A stretch of 64,000 nt of DNA from an uncultured Clostridia bacterium (GCA_934120645.1 CAKOUO010000004.1:18684-82683); one strand, 5' to 3'; counted from the first letter of the stretch, positions 49,288 through 59,725 are shown. Numbers and translations are program-made. The notes: a model not told the origin generated them from the letters alone.

Positions 49288-51613
49288 ATTCTTTTTTCTT
49301 ATTTTTTAAATTAACAATAATTGCGTCTTCATTATCAAAAAGATAATTAGAATCTGTTGTATCAGTTTGAATTGGATCTATTTCGTTTCTAGAATCTATA
49401 AAATCTAATTTCTTAGGATTAAATTTTTTCTTATTTAAACCGTTTTCTGTATCTTCAGTTTCAGTAGTAACTCCGTCAGAATATTTACCGAAATCAAATG
49501 TTTTAATTTTTTTAGGTTCTTTATATTTTGATTCTAGATAAACAAGTTTACCAGGACCTACAATAGGTTTTCCATTATTTCCTCTAATTTTGTATGCACA
49601 TTCTTTTGCACCAAGAGTTTGAAGTTTTCCAGGTTTAAACCAATATACAAAATCCCATTTTACACCGCCATGCTTAGAATCATATTGCATTTTATCGAAA
49701 TCAATACTATTTTGCATAGCCCATTCTCTCTTCTTACCAAACTCTTCTGACCACCATTGTAAATCTTCAACTGTAGCATTTCCTGTAAATATTTTACTTG
49801 CACAGTTTGCTAAAATTGTTTGTTTAAAGTTTTCTTTAGAAGTTGGTACATCTAATTGTGAAAGGTTCTGTGCAGAAATAGTAGTACCAATTTTATATTT
49901 TCTATACATTGTAAATATTGGTTCAGTAGCTTTACAGATGAAATCAGGGAATTCATCTATGTATAAGAAGTTAGGAATTCTAGATTTTTCATTTCCAGGT
50001 CTTCTTAGAACTGCATTTTGCATTGCTATTAAGAAGAATAAGCCAAAAGCTTTGTGACTTGAAGCTCCTAAATCTCCTCTTCTTGTGCATACAAATGTTA
50101 TATCTCCATTTGCTAACATTTTATCAAAGTCTAAGTTATTATATCTATTGCATAGTATAGATTTTACTCCAGGTAATCTTAATAAATTATCTAATTGAGT
50201 AACTGCAGAATATATATTTTTTTCTGTATCATTTCTACCAAAGCTATTTTTATAAAAGTTCTTTTTAAAGTATGCTAGTTGAATACTGTATTGTTCTTTA
50301 AGTTCTTCATCATGTGATAAGATTTCACACATTTTTTCAACTAAATCAAAGTTTGTAAGCATTTTTAACATATCCTCTAAGTTTGGTAATTTTCCTTCAT
50401 TCATTCTTGGATACATTTCTTTTAATAAAATAGATAAGTTTTCGATTGCTTGAATTACTACATCTTCTCTATAAGCTTCTTGTATGTCGTTATGTGCATT
50501 AGCATACATTGATTTTAAAGCAGAAGATATTGTAATTGCTATTTTATTTGGATCATCATATACAAATGGGTTTAGACCAATAGAACTATTATCTGAAGGA
50601 TCTATTATATTATAAGATAATCCAAAGTTTTTACAAACTTCAATCATATGATCTGTAATTTCTCTATCTGGAGATAAAACAGTTACACCACAATTTTTAT
50701 AAGTTATACCAATAGAAGTATCTAGAATCATTTTTTTCATATAGCCTTTATATACATCTTCATTTCCACTAGTAGGTGTTAACATATTTAAATTGAAATT
50801 ACTATTTAAGTAATCATTATTATAAGGACCATTTAGTGTTGCTATTCTTGTTTTTAATGCAGTATATCCCATTTCTTTAGAAACTTCTTTAAAGAAATAT
50901 TTTCTTTCTAAATCACGAGCAATTAAAGGCTCATATATTAAAGATGTTTTTCCAGAACCTGAACCACCGCAGACAAACATTGATTGATATCTTGAGCTTT
51001 CAGGTATTGTAACTGTTGCACCAGTTTCACTATCTTGACATAAATAGATTTCGCAAGTATAAGGTCCATGACCTTGTTTTTTGTCTGATAAATCTATTCC
51101 ACCATAATCCCAGATAGAACGAGTCATATCTAAGCTATCATTAACTCCAAAGTATAAGAATTTAAATACTTTTGTTGTTATCAAGATAGGGAATATAAAT
51201 GTTATTGATGTGAAAGCAGGTCTTATTAAGTCAGAGAAGTTAGTTACTAAATCAACATAACCAGGATTTGATAATAGTAGTAACCATGCTGCCATATTAA
51301 GCCATTGTGTAAACATTGATATTGTTATAACTGTTAGTCCAATAACATATATGTAAAATAATGTTGTTTTCTTATTTTTGGTTGAAGCAAATTCTGATGA
51401 TCCTGAAAATAAAAAAGCAAATATAGGACATGCCAATGCTAAAGTATATTGGATAGGTCCCCAGTAAGAATAGGAAACACCAGTAAATAACATTAATAAT
51501 ACTTCAACAATTCTATCAACTGCTAGATATACTGTTATTAATGTTAGTATATATGTTGCAAAAGTATTTCTGCTTGTATTTAATTTTTTTAAAAATTTAT
51601 CTATGAATTTCAT
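49286..51613 (-). CDS. membrane-anchored P-loop ATPase of the type IV coupling protein (TraD/TraG/VirD4-like) type
   Basis: About five N-terminal TMs, Walker A VCGGSGSGKTS, Walker B NFLYIDEFPDF. Start taken at MKFIDKF (AAAGGGG RBS). Confidence 0.5.
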   Translation of the reverse strand: MKFIDKFLKKLNTSRNTFATYILTLITVYLAVDRIVEVLLMLFTGVSYSYWGPIQYTLALACPIFAFLFSGSSEFASTKNKKTTLFYIYVIGLTVITISMFTQWLNMAAWLLLLSNPGYVDLVTNFSDLIRPAFTSITFIFPILITTKVFKFLYFGVNDSLDMTRSIWDYGGIDLSDKKQGHGPYTCEIYLCQDSETGATVTIPESSRYQSMFVCGGSGSGKTSLIYEPLIARDLERKYFFKEVSKEMGYTALKTRIATLNGPYNNDYLNSNFNLNMLTPTSGNEDVYKGYMKKMILDTSIGITYKNCGVTVLSPDREITDHMIEVCKNFGLSYNIIDPSDNSSIGLNPFVYDDPNKIAITISSALKSMYANAHNDIQEAYREDVVIQAIENLSILLKEMYPRMNEGKLPNLEDMLKMLTNFDLVEKMCEILSHDEELKEQYSIQLAYFKKNFYKNSFGRNDTEKNIYSAVTQLDNLLRLPGVKSILCNRYNNLDFDKMLANGDITFVCTRRGDLGASSHKAFGLFFLIAMQNAVLRRPGNEKSRIPNFLYIDEFPDFICKATEPIFTMYRKYKIGTTISAQNLSQLDVPTSKENFKQTILANCASKIFTGNATVEDLQWWSEEFGKKREWAMQNSIDFDKMQYDSKHGGVKWDFVYWFKPGKLQTLGAKECAYKIRGNNGKPIVGPGKLVYLESKYKEPKKIKTFDFGKYSDGVTTETEDTENGLNKKKFNPKKLDFIDSRNEIDPIQTDTTDSNYLFDNEDAIIVNLKNKKKE

Positions 51614-51764
51614 ACTTGTAACCCCTTTAAATTTTTTAAATTCACATATATATATTATCCTATAAAATGGCGAAAAAAACAAGTATTTTTGCGAAAAAAG
51701 TTAGTATAATTTGGTATTTTTTTGCATATAATATTTAAAATTTATAAATGAATGGAGTGTTTTT

Positions 51765-52049
51765 ATGCAGGAAGAATTTATAAAAGAAAGTCCTATGAAA
51801 AATTTAACTGAACTAGATAAAGAAATAGAGCTTATAAAAAATATTATAAAAACTAGAGAAGAATTAAAAAATAACAATAAAAATTTTGAATTTGCAGAGT
51901 TAGATTTGGTAGATTATTATGTTTATCAAATAAAAGCAAATCAAGCAAAATTAGATTATCTAATAAAACTTGCAAAATCAAAAGGAATTACAATTGATGC
52001 AATAAATCAAATGCAATATGAAAATTATGATGATGAAGAAACCGGATAA
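51765..52049 (+). CDS. yaaL: YaaL-like protein (DUF2508)
   Basis: FEFAELDLVDYYVYQIKANQAKLDYLIKLAKSKGI pattern and synteny with bofA, as in Bacillus. Confidence 0.6.
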   Translation: MQEEFIKESPMKNLTELDKEIELIKNIIKTREELKNNNKNFEFAELDLVDYYVYQIKANQAKLDYLIKLAKSKGITIDAINQMQYENYDDEETG

Positions 52050-52112
52050 ATCAAGATGAATATTTGTCCTAAATTACACATACAAATAGTATAAATAAAC
52101 AAGTAAAGAGGG

Positions 52113-52382
52113 ATGAATATGAATTTTGATGTAAATATTATTACATATTTGGCATGTATTTGTTTTTTATTTATTTTTGGAAGGATTTTTATAGTACCTA
52201 TTAAGAAGATATTAAAGTTGGTTATTAATTCTATACTTGGTGGTGTAACTATATTTTTAATTAACTTAATAGGAGGGGCATGGGGATTTCATATAGGTCT
52301 TAATGTTTTTACTAGTGTTTTAATAGGGCTATTAGGTTTACCAGGAGCAGTATGTTTGGTAATTGTAAAATTATTAATTTGA
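52113..52382 (+). CDS. bofA: pro-sigma-K processing inhibitor BofA
   Basis: Two-TM 89-aa protein, NSILGGVTIFLINL...GLNVFTSVLIGLLGLPGAV. The start may be the ATG at 52119. Confidence 0.75.
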   Translation: MNMNFDVNIITYLACICFLFIFGRIFIVPIKKILKLVINSILGGVTIFLINLIGGAWGFHIGLNVFTSVLIGLLGLPGAVCLVIVKLLI

Positions 52383-52404
52383 AAGATTAATACATAATTA
52401 AAAT

Positions 52405-52479
52405 AAAAAAGACTATATGTTTAATTTTATAATTTTTTAGAAATTCTAAAATTATAAAAAAACATATAGTCTTTTTTTT
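52405..52479. terminator. long bidirectional terminator hairpin between bofA and glmS
   Basis: AAAAAGACTATATGTT ... AACATATAGTCTTTTT with an inner palindrome and T-runs on both strands. Confidence 0.7.
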
Positions 52480-54319
52480 ATTCAACTGTAACTGATTTTG
52501 CTAAATTTCTAGGTTTATCAACATCTAATCCCTTTTCTTTAGAAATATAATAAGCAAGTAATTGAAGTGGTATAACAGATAAAATAGGAGAAATAAAACA
52601 ATTAGTTTCAGGTATTGTAATTACTTCATCAAACATATTATTATCAATATCTTGATTTGTAACAACTAATGTTTTTGCTCCACGAGTAATAACTTCTTGT
52701 ATATTACTTACAGTTTTTTTAACTAAATTTTTATCTGTCATAATACTAATAACAGTAATTCCATTTTCAATTAAAGCAATAGGACCATGTTTTAATTCTC
52801 CTGCTGCATAGCTTTCAGAATGTATATAAGAAATTTCTTTTAATTTTAAAGAACCTTCTTTTGCAACAGTTTCATCAATACCTCTACCAAGGAAAAATAC
52901 ATCTTTTTCTTGGTATATTTTTTTCGCAAATTCCTTAACTTGTGTATTACATTTTAATGTTTCTTCAATCTTTTTTGGTAAATCTAAAATGTCTTGTTTT
53001 AGATTTTTTATAACATCTGTATCTGTTTCTAGCAAGATTTCTGCAAAGTAAATTGCTAAAATATTTATTAATACTACTTGAGAAGTATATGCTTTTGTTG
53101 ATGCAACAGCTATTTCTGGACCGGCATGTGTGTAAATTGAGTAATCGGCTTCTCTAGTAATTGAGCTTCCAATTACATTAGTAATAGCAATTGTTTTTGC
53201 ACCTTTTTCTTTTGATAATTTTAGTGCGGCAATAGTATCTGCGGTTTCACCTGATTGAGATATAAATATGCATAAAGTTTTTTCATCTATAATTGGGTCT
53301 CTATATCTAAATTCAGAAGCAATGTCAACTTCAGTAGGTATTCTACAAAGTTTTTCTATTGTATTTTTTCCAGTAAGTCCGGCATGCATTGCAGTACCAC
53401 ATGCTACAATATAAATTTTGTTTAAACTTGATAAATATTCTTTAGTAAAGTTAAGTTCATCAAATTCACATTTTGAATTTAAATTTATTTTTGCACCAAT
53501 TGTTTCTCTAATTGCAGTTGGTTGCTCATAAATTTCTTTTAGCATGAAATCATCAAAACCATCTTTTTCTGCAGCAGATGCATTCCATTCTATTGTTTGA
53601 GTTTGTTTTTCAATTTTATTTAAATCTTTATCATAAAATTTTGCTTCATTTTTGGTTAATAATACAAATTCTAAATCATTTAATAGATAAAAATCTTTTG
53701 TGTAAGAAAGTATAGCAGGAATATCAGAAGATAAATATTTTTCATCTTCGCAAGTTCCTATAACTAGAGGGCTATCTTTTCTTACAACAATCATATTGTC
53801 AGGGTAAAGACTTGAAATAACTTCAAGTGCAAAACTTCCTTTTAAATCTAGACAAGCATTTTTTACTGCTCTTAAAAATTTTAAATCATCATTTACAGTA
53901 TCTTTTGTAATATAATAATGTATTAGATTAGGAATAATTTCTGTATCTGTTTGAGAATAGAAAGTGTATCCTTTATCTGTTAAAAATTTTCTTAATTCAT
54001 TAAAATTTTCAATAATTCCATTATGAACAACACTAAAAGTTTTTGAGTTATCTTGATGTGGGTGAGCGTTTTCTTTAGATGGTTTTCCATGAGTTGCCCA
54101 TCTAGTATGAGCTATACCAACGGTTCCTTCTAATTTATCAATTCCTTCTAAATTTGATAAATTTTTAACTCTACCTTTATCTTTCATTAAAGATAATCCT
54201 TCTTTTTCAATTGTTGAAATACCTGCAGAGTCATAACCTCTGTATTCCAACCTTGTTAAACCTGCCAAAAGAATAGGGCAAGCTTTTTTTGTTCCTATGT
54301 AACCTACAATTCCACACAT
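52478..54319 (-). CDS. glmS: glutamine--fructose-6-phosphate aminotransferase
   Basis: MCGIVGY N-terminus, two SIS domains, C-terminal KSVTVE. Confidence 0.95.
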   Translation of the reverse strand: MCGIVGYIGTKKACPILLAGLTRLEYRGYDSAGISTIEKEGLSLMKDKGRVKNLSNLEGIDKLEGTVGIAHTRWATHGKPSKENAHPHQDNSKTFSVVHNGIIENFNELRKFLTDKGYTFYSQTDTEIIPNLIHYYITKDTVNDDLKFLRAVKNACLDLKGSFALEVISSLYPDNMIVVRKDSPLVIGTCEDEKYLSSDIPAILSYTKDFYLLNDLEFVLLTKNEAKFYDKDLNKIEKQTQTIEWNASAAEKDGFDDFMLKEIYEQPTAIRETIGAKINLNSKCEFDELNFTKEYLSSLNKIYIVACGTAMHAGLTGKNTIEKLCRIPTEVDIASEFRYRDPIIDEKTLCIFISQSGETADTIAALKLSKEKGAKTIAITNVIGSSITREADYSIYTHAGPEIAVASTKAYTSQVVLINILAIYFAEILLETDTDVIKNLKQDILDLPKKIEETLKCNTQVKEFAKKIYQEKDVFFLGRGIDETVAKEGSLKLKEISYIHSESYAAGELKHGPIALIENGITVISIMTDKNLVKKTVSNIQEVITRGAKTLVVTNQDIDNNMFDEVITIPETNCFISPILSVIPLQLLAYYISKEKGLDVDKPRNLAKSVTVE

Positions 54320-54344
54320 AGTAATTCCTCCTTATAAAATTAAA

Positions 54345-54514
54345 ATTTCTGGAATTGAAAGCGTGCAAACTTAATATATTAATTTCTGTTCTAATATTAC
54401 TATTAGTTTTTGGTTAATATTATGACCTTAAGTAAAAGCCACTAGAGCATCCGCCGAATTTTTCGATAACTCTAGACCTCGTCAACCGCTAAATATAGCG
54501 GTCCAGGCGCTTAG
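54345..54514 (-). ncRNA. glmS ribozyme: glmS ribozyme (GlcN6P-dependent self-cleaving leader)
   Basis: The minus strand reads AAGCGCCTGGACCGCTATATTTAGCGGTTGACGAGGTCTAGAGTTATCGAAAAATTCGGCGGATGCTCTAGTGGC..., matching the conserved AGCGCC / GACGAGG / UAUCGAA / UCGGCGGAUGC core. The 3' boundary is approximate. Confidence 0.85.
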
Positions 54515-54565
54515 TTTTAAAAACTCCTTTCTTAGTATTTTTATGCAACTTTCAATTTATGTATT

Positions 54566-54594
54566 ATATTACATCATAATTAGAAATGTTGCAA
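54566..54594 (-). promoter_or_regulatory. probable sigma-A promoter of the glmS leader
   Basis: Minus strand TTGCAA, 17 nt, TAATAT, about 50 nt upstream of the ribozyme. Confidence 0.45.
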
Positions 54595-54696
54595 GTTTTT
54601 TAAAAATTTTAGAAAAGAAAACTATTGATAAAAGTAACATAATGTGATAGAATAGAAAAGCAACATAAAAATATGTTTTATAATGGAGGTAATACT

Positions 54697-55122
54697 ATGA
54701 GCCAACAAATGGTAGGAAGCACACATGCAGCACATGAAACACGGCATCTTGCAAGAAAAATGCAGGAAGTAAGAAACGGAAAGAAAACAAAGTCTGAAAT
54801 TTCGGATTTGATTTCTAAAATTGAAGAAGAAAGGAAAAAACTTTCTGAAAGATATGGAGATTGTTCTTCATATTTAGAAATACAGTCTGATTTACAGATG
54901 GATATTCCGGAACTTACGGCGGCTGAGGCAAAAAAGCATACATATGTAGATGGTCTTGAGCCGATGGATTTTCTGTTTATCCAAAAGCTGGAGACACACT
55001 ATTTATATGATACGGAGCCACCGAGAAACGAACACCTGCATACAGGAATGATGCTGCTTAAAGCATGTATAAACGATTTGACATGGGCTTTGGCAGAATT
55101 GAAGGCTTATGAGAAAGAATAA
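54697..55122 (+). CDS. hypothetical protein in a compositionally atypical (GC-richer) island
   Basis: GGAGG RBS before MSQQMVGSTH... Visibly higher G+C and many NCG/CGN codons compared with its neighbours. Contains an uninterrupted in-frame CGG at 54742. Confidence 0.55.
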   Translation: MSQQMVGSTHAAHETRHLARKMQEVRNGKKTKSEISDLISKIEEERKKLSERYGDCSSYLEIQSDLQMDIPELTAAEAKKHTYVDGLEPMDFLFIQKLETHYLYDTEPPRNEHLHTGMMLLKACINDLTWALAELKAYEKE

Positions 55123-55126
55123 CCTC

Positions 55127-55160
55127 AAGCTGACTAGTTTTATACTAGTCAGCTTATTTT
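55127..55160 (+). terminator. rho-independent terminator
   Basis: AAGCTGACTAGT tttat ACTAGTCAGCTT followed by ATTTT. Confidence 0.7.
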
Positions 55161-55236
55161 ATATTATACAAAAAGCAAAAAATCTTTCTAAATATAAATA
55201 AAAGCCAACAATGTGTTGGCTTTTACAAGTAGATAA

Positions 55237-55599
55237 TTAGGTAAAATACTGATATTGAGTTAACCTTTCTTTTATAATAGTAAGTTTTTTTTGAAGAAGG
55301 CCAGATGCTGATAGTTCATAACTGAACTTATTCAAATAGTGGTTAACTATTTTTAAGTTAATCATTTTTTTGATTTTTTGCAAAATATTGTTTTCAGGTA
55401 AATCAAAAACATTAACACTAGCGTTACACCAGTCTTTAAAGATTTTTGAAGTCTGATCAATATATGCTTCAATAGTTGTTTGTAATATATCAACATCTTG
55501 TAAGTATTCTTTACAATATCTTCTAGCATTTTGTTGGTCTGTTGCTATCAATTTTAAATAGCAATTTACTGCTTTTTTAATTTTCCGTAATTCTCTCAT
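55237..55599 (-). CDS. hypothetical helical protein (120 aa)
   Basis: Strong AAGGAGGAA RBS. MRELRKIKKAV..., with codon 5 an in-frame CGG (55587-55585). Own terminator hairpin at about 55198-55225. Confidence 0.55.
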   Translation of the reverse strand: MRELRKIKKAVNCYLKLIATDQQNARRYCKEYLQDVDILQTTIEAYIDQTSKIFKDWCNASVNVFDLPENNILQKIKKMINLKIVNHYLNKFSYELSASGLLQKKLTIIKERLTQYQYFT

Positions 55600-55777
55600 A
55601 TGTCATTCCTCCTTATGCAATTTTAGAAAATTTATATAAACATTTTATGTATTTTATCATAATTTTAATAGATTGTCCACAAATGAAATCCAAATTAGTA
55701 AATTAATATTGATTTAATACTAACTTATAATATATAATGTTTATAGAAGAAATAATAAAAGAAGGGATGAAAATTAT

Positions 55778-56290
55778 ATGAAAGATATAAATGTATTAAT
55801 AAATAAATCAAGATTAGATAAAAGATTAGATGAAATGGCAAAAGAAATAGAAAAAGATTATGAAGGAAAAGATATACTTTTTGTTGGAATCTTAAAAGGG
55901 TCAGTACCATTTATGTGGGAATTGGCTAAAAGAATAAAAAACAATGTAACATTTGATTTTATAGAAATATCAAGTTATGAAAATAATGAAGACACAGGAA
56001 TACTAACATTATATAAAGATTTAAAAGATAGTCCAGAAGGAAAAGATGTTTTAATTGTTGAAGATATAATAGATACAGGAAAAACATTACAATGCTTAGT
56101 AGAACACATAAAAAAACAAAATCCTAACAGTATTAAAATAGCAACACTATTAAGTAAACCATCAAAAAGAGTGTATGACTTAAATGTAGATTATATAGGA
56201 TTTAAAATTGAGGATAAATTTGTAGTTGGATTTGGATTAGATGATAATCAAAATTTAAGGAATTTGCCTTATATAGGATATTATGAATAG
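55778..56290 (+). CDS. hpt: hypoxanthine phosphoribosyltransferase
   Basis: PRPP motif VLIVEDIIDTGKT, 170 aa. Confidence 0.9.
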   Translation: MKDINVLINKSRLDKRLDEMAKEIEKDYEGKDILFVGILKGSVPFMWELAKRIKNNVTFDFIEISSYENNEDTGILTLYKDLKDSPEGKDVLIVEDIIDTGKTLQCLVEHIKKQNPNSIKIATLLSKPSKRVYDLNVDYIGFKIEDKFVVGFGLDDNQNLRNLPYIGYYE

Positions 56291-56298
56291 AGGGAAAA

Positions 56299-58080
56299 AT
56301 GTTTAATATAGAGGAAGAATTAAAAAAATTACCAGGAAAACCTGGAGTATATGTAATGAGAGATAAAAACGACACAATAATCTATGTTGGAAAAGCTGTG
56401 TCATTAAAAAACAGAGTAAGGTCATATTTTAGGAAAACAAACAAGACAGAAAGAATAAAGAAAATGGTAAGCCTAATAGATCACTTTGAATACATAGTAG
56501 TTGATAATGAAGCAGAAGCGTTAATTTTGGAATGTAATTTAATTAAGAAAAATAGACCCAAATTTAATGTTTTATTAAAAGACGATAAAACATATCCATA
56601 CATAAAAATAGATGTAAAATCAGATTATCCAAATGTAGTAATAACAAGAAGATTAATAAATGACGGATCAAAATATTTTGGACCATATGCAAATCCAGGG
56701 GCAGCAAAAGAGATGTTAGATTTTATTAAACAAAAATATAAAATACGTCAATGTAGGAATTTTAAATCTAGAACAAGACCATGCTTAAATTATCATATCA
56801 AAAGATGTTTAGCACCATGTATGGGTTATGTAACACCAGAAGAATATAGAAAACAAATAGATGAAATTATAGATTTACTAGAAGGAAAAACGGACAAAAT
56901 CTTAAAAGAATTAGATAAACAAATGCAAGAAGCATCAGAAAAATTAGAGTTTGAAAAAGCAGCAGAATTAAGAGATAGAAAACTTGCAATAGAAAGAGCA
57001 TCGTCAAAACAAAAAGTATCGAACATTTCAGAAAACAACATAGATGTAATTGGTTTATATAAATCAGAATTAGAAGTATGTATAGAAATATTTTTTGTGC
57101 GTGGAAGCAAAATGATAGGCAGGGAACACTACTTTTTCCCAGAGTTAAAAGATATGGAAGACAGTGAAATATTATCAGGATTTATAAAACAGTATTATTT
57201 AGAAAATCCTAATATACCTAGCAAAATAATGTTAAGGGAAGAATTGCCAGAAAAAGAAGTAATAGAGCAATGGTTATCCACAATTTTAGGAAAAAAAGTG
57301 GAATTAAAAAGCCCTAAAAAAGGTGAAAAATTAAGATTTGTAGAGATGGCAGAAAATAATGCAAAAGTTACACTAGAAAACAAAGAAAAAGATAAATCAG
57401 AAATATTAATGGAATTAAAAGATGTTCTTAAAATGGATAAATTACCAAGAAAAATTGAAACATATGATATATCTAATATTTCAGGGGAATTTATGGTTGC
57501 GGGAATGTGTGTAATGCAAGATGGAGTTATAAAGAAAAACTTATCTAGAAGATTTAAAATAAAAACAGTTTTAACACAAGATGACCCTAAATGTATGGAA
57601 GAAGTTGTAACAAGAAGACTAGCACATTCAATAGGAAAAGAAGATAAAGGATTTGGAAAGTTACCAGATGCTATATTTGCAGATGGTGGTATAACACAAA
57701 TAAGAGCTATCAGAAATGCCATAAACAAATATGAAAAATTAGATATAAAAGTATTTGGTATGGTAAAAAATGATAAACATCAAACTCGAGCATTAATAGA
57801 TGAGAATAGAAATGAAATACAAATTTCCGAAAATCTTATGAATTTGATAACTAGATTTCAAGATACGGTACATGATACAGCAATTACATATCATAGAAAA
57901 TTGCGTGCAAAAGCTATTACTAAATCAGAATTGGATGATATTGAAGGAATAGGAGAAGTAAAGAAAAGAGAGTTGCTTAAAAAATTTGGAAGTGTAGAAA
58001 AGATAAAACAGGTTTCAAAGGAAGAATTGATGCAAGTAAAAGGTATAACGGAAAAGATAGTAGAACAAATAAAAAAATAG
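56299..58080 (+). CDS. uvrC: excinuclease ABC subunit C
   Basis: GIY-YIG (PGVYVMRDKNDTIIYVGKA), UVR domain (FEKAAELRDRKLAIE), C-terminal HhH (IEGIGEVKKRELLKKFGS). Confidence 0.95.
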   Translation: MFNIEEELKKLPGKPGVYVMRDKNDTIIYVGKAVSLKNRVRSYFRKTNKTERIKKMVSLIDHFEYIVVDNEAEALILECNLIKKNRPKFNVLLKDDKTYPYIKIDVKSDYPNVVITRRLINDGSKYFGPYANPGAAKEMLDFIKQKYKIRQCRNFKSRTRPCLNYHIKRCLAPCMGYVTPEEYRKQIDEIIDLLEGKTDKILKELDKQMQEASEKLEFEKAAELRDRKLAIERASSKQKVSNISENNIDVIGLYKSELEVCIEIFFVRGSKMIGREHYFFPELKDMEDSEILSGFIKQYYLENPNIPSKIMLREELPEKEVIEQWLSTILGKKVELKSPKKGEKLRFVEMAENNAKVTLENKEKDKSEILMELKDVLKMDKLPRKIETYDISNISGEFMVAGMCVMQDGVIKKNLSRRFKIKTVLTQDDPKCMEEVVTRRLAHSIGKEDKGFGKLPDAIFADGGITQIRAIRNAINKYEKLDIKVFGMVKNDKHQTRALIDENRNEIQISENLMNLITRFQDTVHDTAITYHRKLRAKAITKSELDDIEGIGEVKKRELLKKFGSVEKIKQVSKEELMQVKGITEKIVEQIKK

Positions 58081-58113
58081 GGATTTGGAGACTAACCTCC
58101 AAATTCCTATTTT

Positions 58114-59685
58114 TTATTTAGAAACTAAATATAAATTATCCATAACTACTTTAGAATTAGGGCCAATTTCAGATTTATAAAGCAAAGAAATATTTTTAAA
58201 GCCAGTTTCTTCTTTAATTCTATTTAAAATAGCATCATTATCCATATATGACTTAATAGACAAAATATAAGAATCTTCACTATTTAAGCTATCATCATCA
58301 ATAATACAATGAAGTTTGTCATTATTAACATTAACAATCAAAGTTCTATTATAAATCATCATCTCTTGAACATTTTGCATATGATTAAAGAAATTATCAT
58401 AAACATACACAAAAGATTTGTCTTTATTTTCTTCTGCAATATTTAAAATATTTTTATAATTCTCATATAAAAATAATGGTTTAGAAAATATAATACCATT
58501 TATAACTAAAGCAAGTGATATCACAGTAAATAAAATATAGTTATATTTAAATGTAATAAATTTATTTAATATAAAGAAAAATGTTAATACTACAAATGGT
58601 ATAACTGGCATTATATATCTTAATTCTTGGAATGATGTCATTCTAACAGCTATAAAATAGTAAAAAATACTTGGTACAATTGTAATTAAAACAACAAATT
58701 TTTCTTTACTTTTTACACATAAAGTAATAGTTGCAATAGCAAATAAAATTAATATAGCAACCATTAATAGAGTATTAGAATTATTTATACTAAAGGCATA
58801 AGCCAGATGTTTTAAATAATCAAAAACATGTGCTAAATATCCACTATTTTCTAAATTTGTTAACCCTCTATCTGAAAATAATAAATGTTTTATGCAAGGA
58901 ACAAATAGAAGAATTCCTACAGTTGCATATATAATATGAGAAACAATATATTTAAAAATTATTTTTTTATCTTTTTTAGTTCTAATCATTTCAATTAGCA
59001 TTATTGCAAATATGAAAAATGCATAAATTGCAAAAAAGTATTGTGTTAAAAAACCTAAAACTGTGGTAATTCCAAGTTGAATTGTAATCTTTTTATCCAT
59101 TACAAAATCATTTTTATATAGTTTTAAGCTTAAATAAAAGTAAGTTAATATAAACAATGTAAGTACCATATACATTCTTTGGAATATAACCATAGATATA
59201 GTACCCATAGATAATCCATAAAGGATTAAGACTGGAATTGTTAAATTTTCTTTATTTAATATTTTTAAAATTTTAATAAGTACTAAGCAACTAAGTATAA
59301 AAGCAAGTATATTTACAATAAAAGCGGAATATAATGAAAAATTTCCACCAAAAAATAATGTGGCAAAATGAACAAGTGTGTAAAAAACAGGAGGGTGGTT
59401 ATCATAAGCTTGATTCATATATAATGCTTTAAAATTTAAAATATTATTAGTGGTTAAAGTCAGAGCTTGTTTAACATATTCACTAGTTCTCCAAACAGGG
59501 TCTGTTTCACCTTTATCATATGCATCCATTACACCATTATCTGGATTTACTGATGAGCATAATGTATATCCTTCATCTTCATGTAGACCAATTTTTTGTG
59601 TTTGATAGAAAAATATTATGCCAGACATTATTGCAATTAAAATAATTATTAAAATTTTTTTAATCTTTTCTTTATTTTCTAACAT
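58114..59685 (-). CDS. polytopic GT-C-fold glycosyltransferase (ArnT/PMT/YkcB-like)
   Basis: About 12 TMs. A GLHEDEGY acidic motif follows TM1, as in family 39/83 lipid-linked sugar transferases. Confidence 0.6.
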   Translation of the reverse strand: MLENKEKIKKILIIILIAIMSGIIFFYQTQKIGLHEDEGYTLCSSVNPDNGVMDAYDKGETDPVWRTSEYVKQALTLTTNNILNFKALYMNQAYDNHPPVFYTLVHFATLFFGGNFSLYSAFIVNILAFILSCLVLIKILKILNKENLTIPVLILYGLSMGTISMVIFQRMYMVLTLFILTYFYLSLKLYKNDFVMDKKITIQLGITTVLGFLTQYFFAIYAFFIFAIMLIEMIRTKKDKKIIFKYIVSHIIYATVGILLFVPCIKHLLFSDRGLTNLENSGYLAHVFDYLKHLAYAFSINNSNTLLMVAILILFAIATITLCVKSKEKFVVLITIVPSIFYYFIAVRMTSFQELRYIMPVIPFVVLTFFFILNKFITFKYNYILFTVISLALVINGIIFSKPLFLYENYKNILNIAEENKDKSFVYVYDNFFNHMQNVQEMMIYNRTLIVNVNNDKLHCIIDDDSLNSEDSYILSIKSYMDNDAILNRIKEETGFKNISLLYKSEIGPNSKVVMDNLYLVSK

Positions 59686-59725
59686 TTAAAAATCAACCTT
59701 TCTATATTAAAATGGAGAACCAGAG

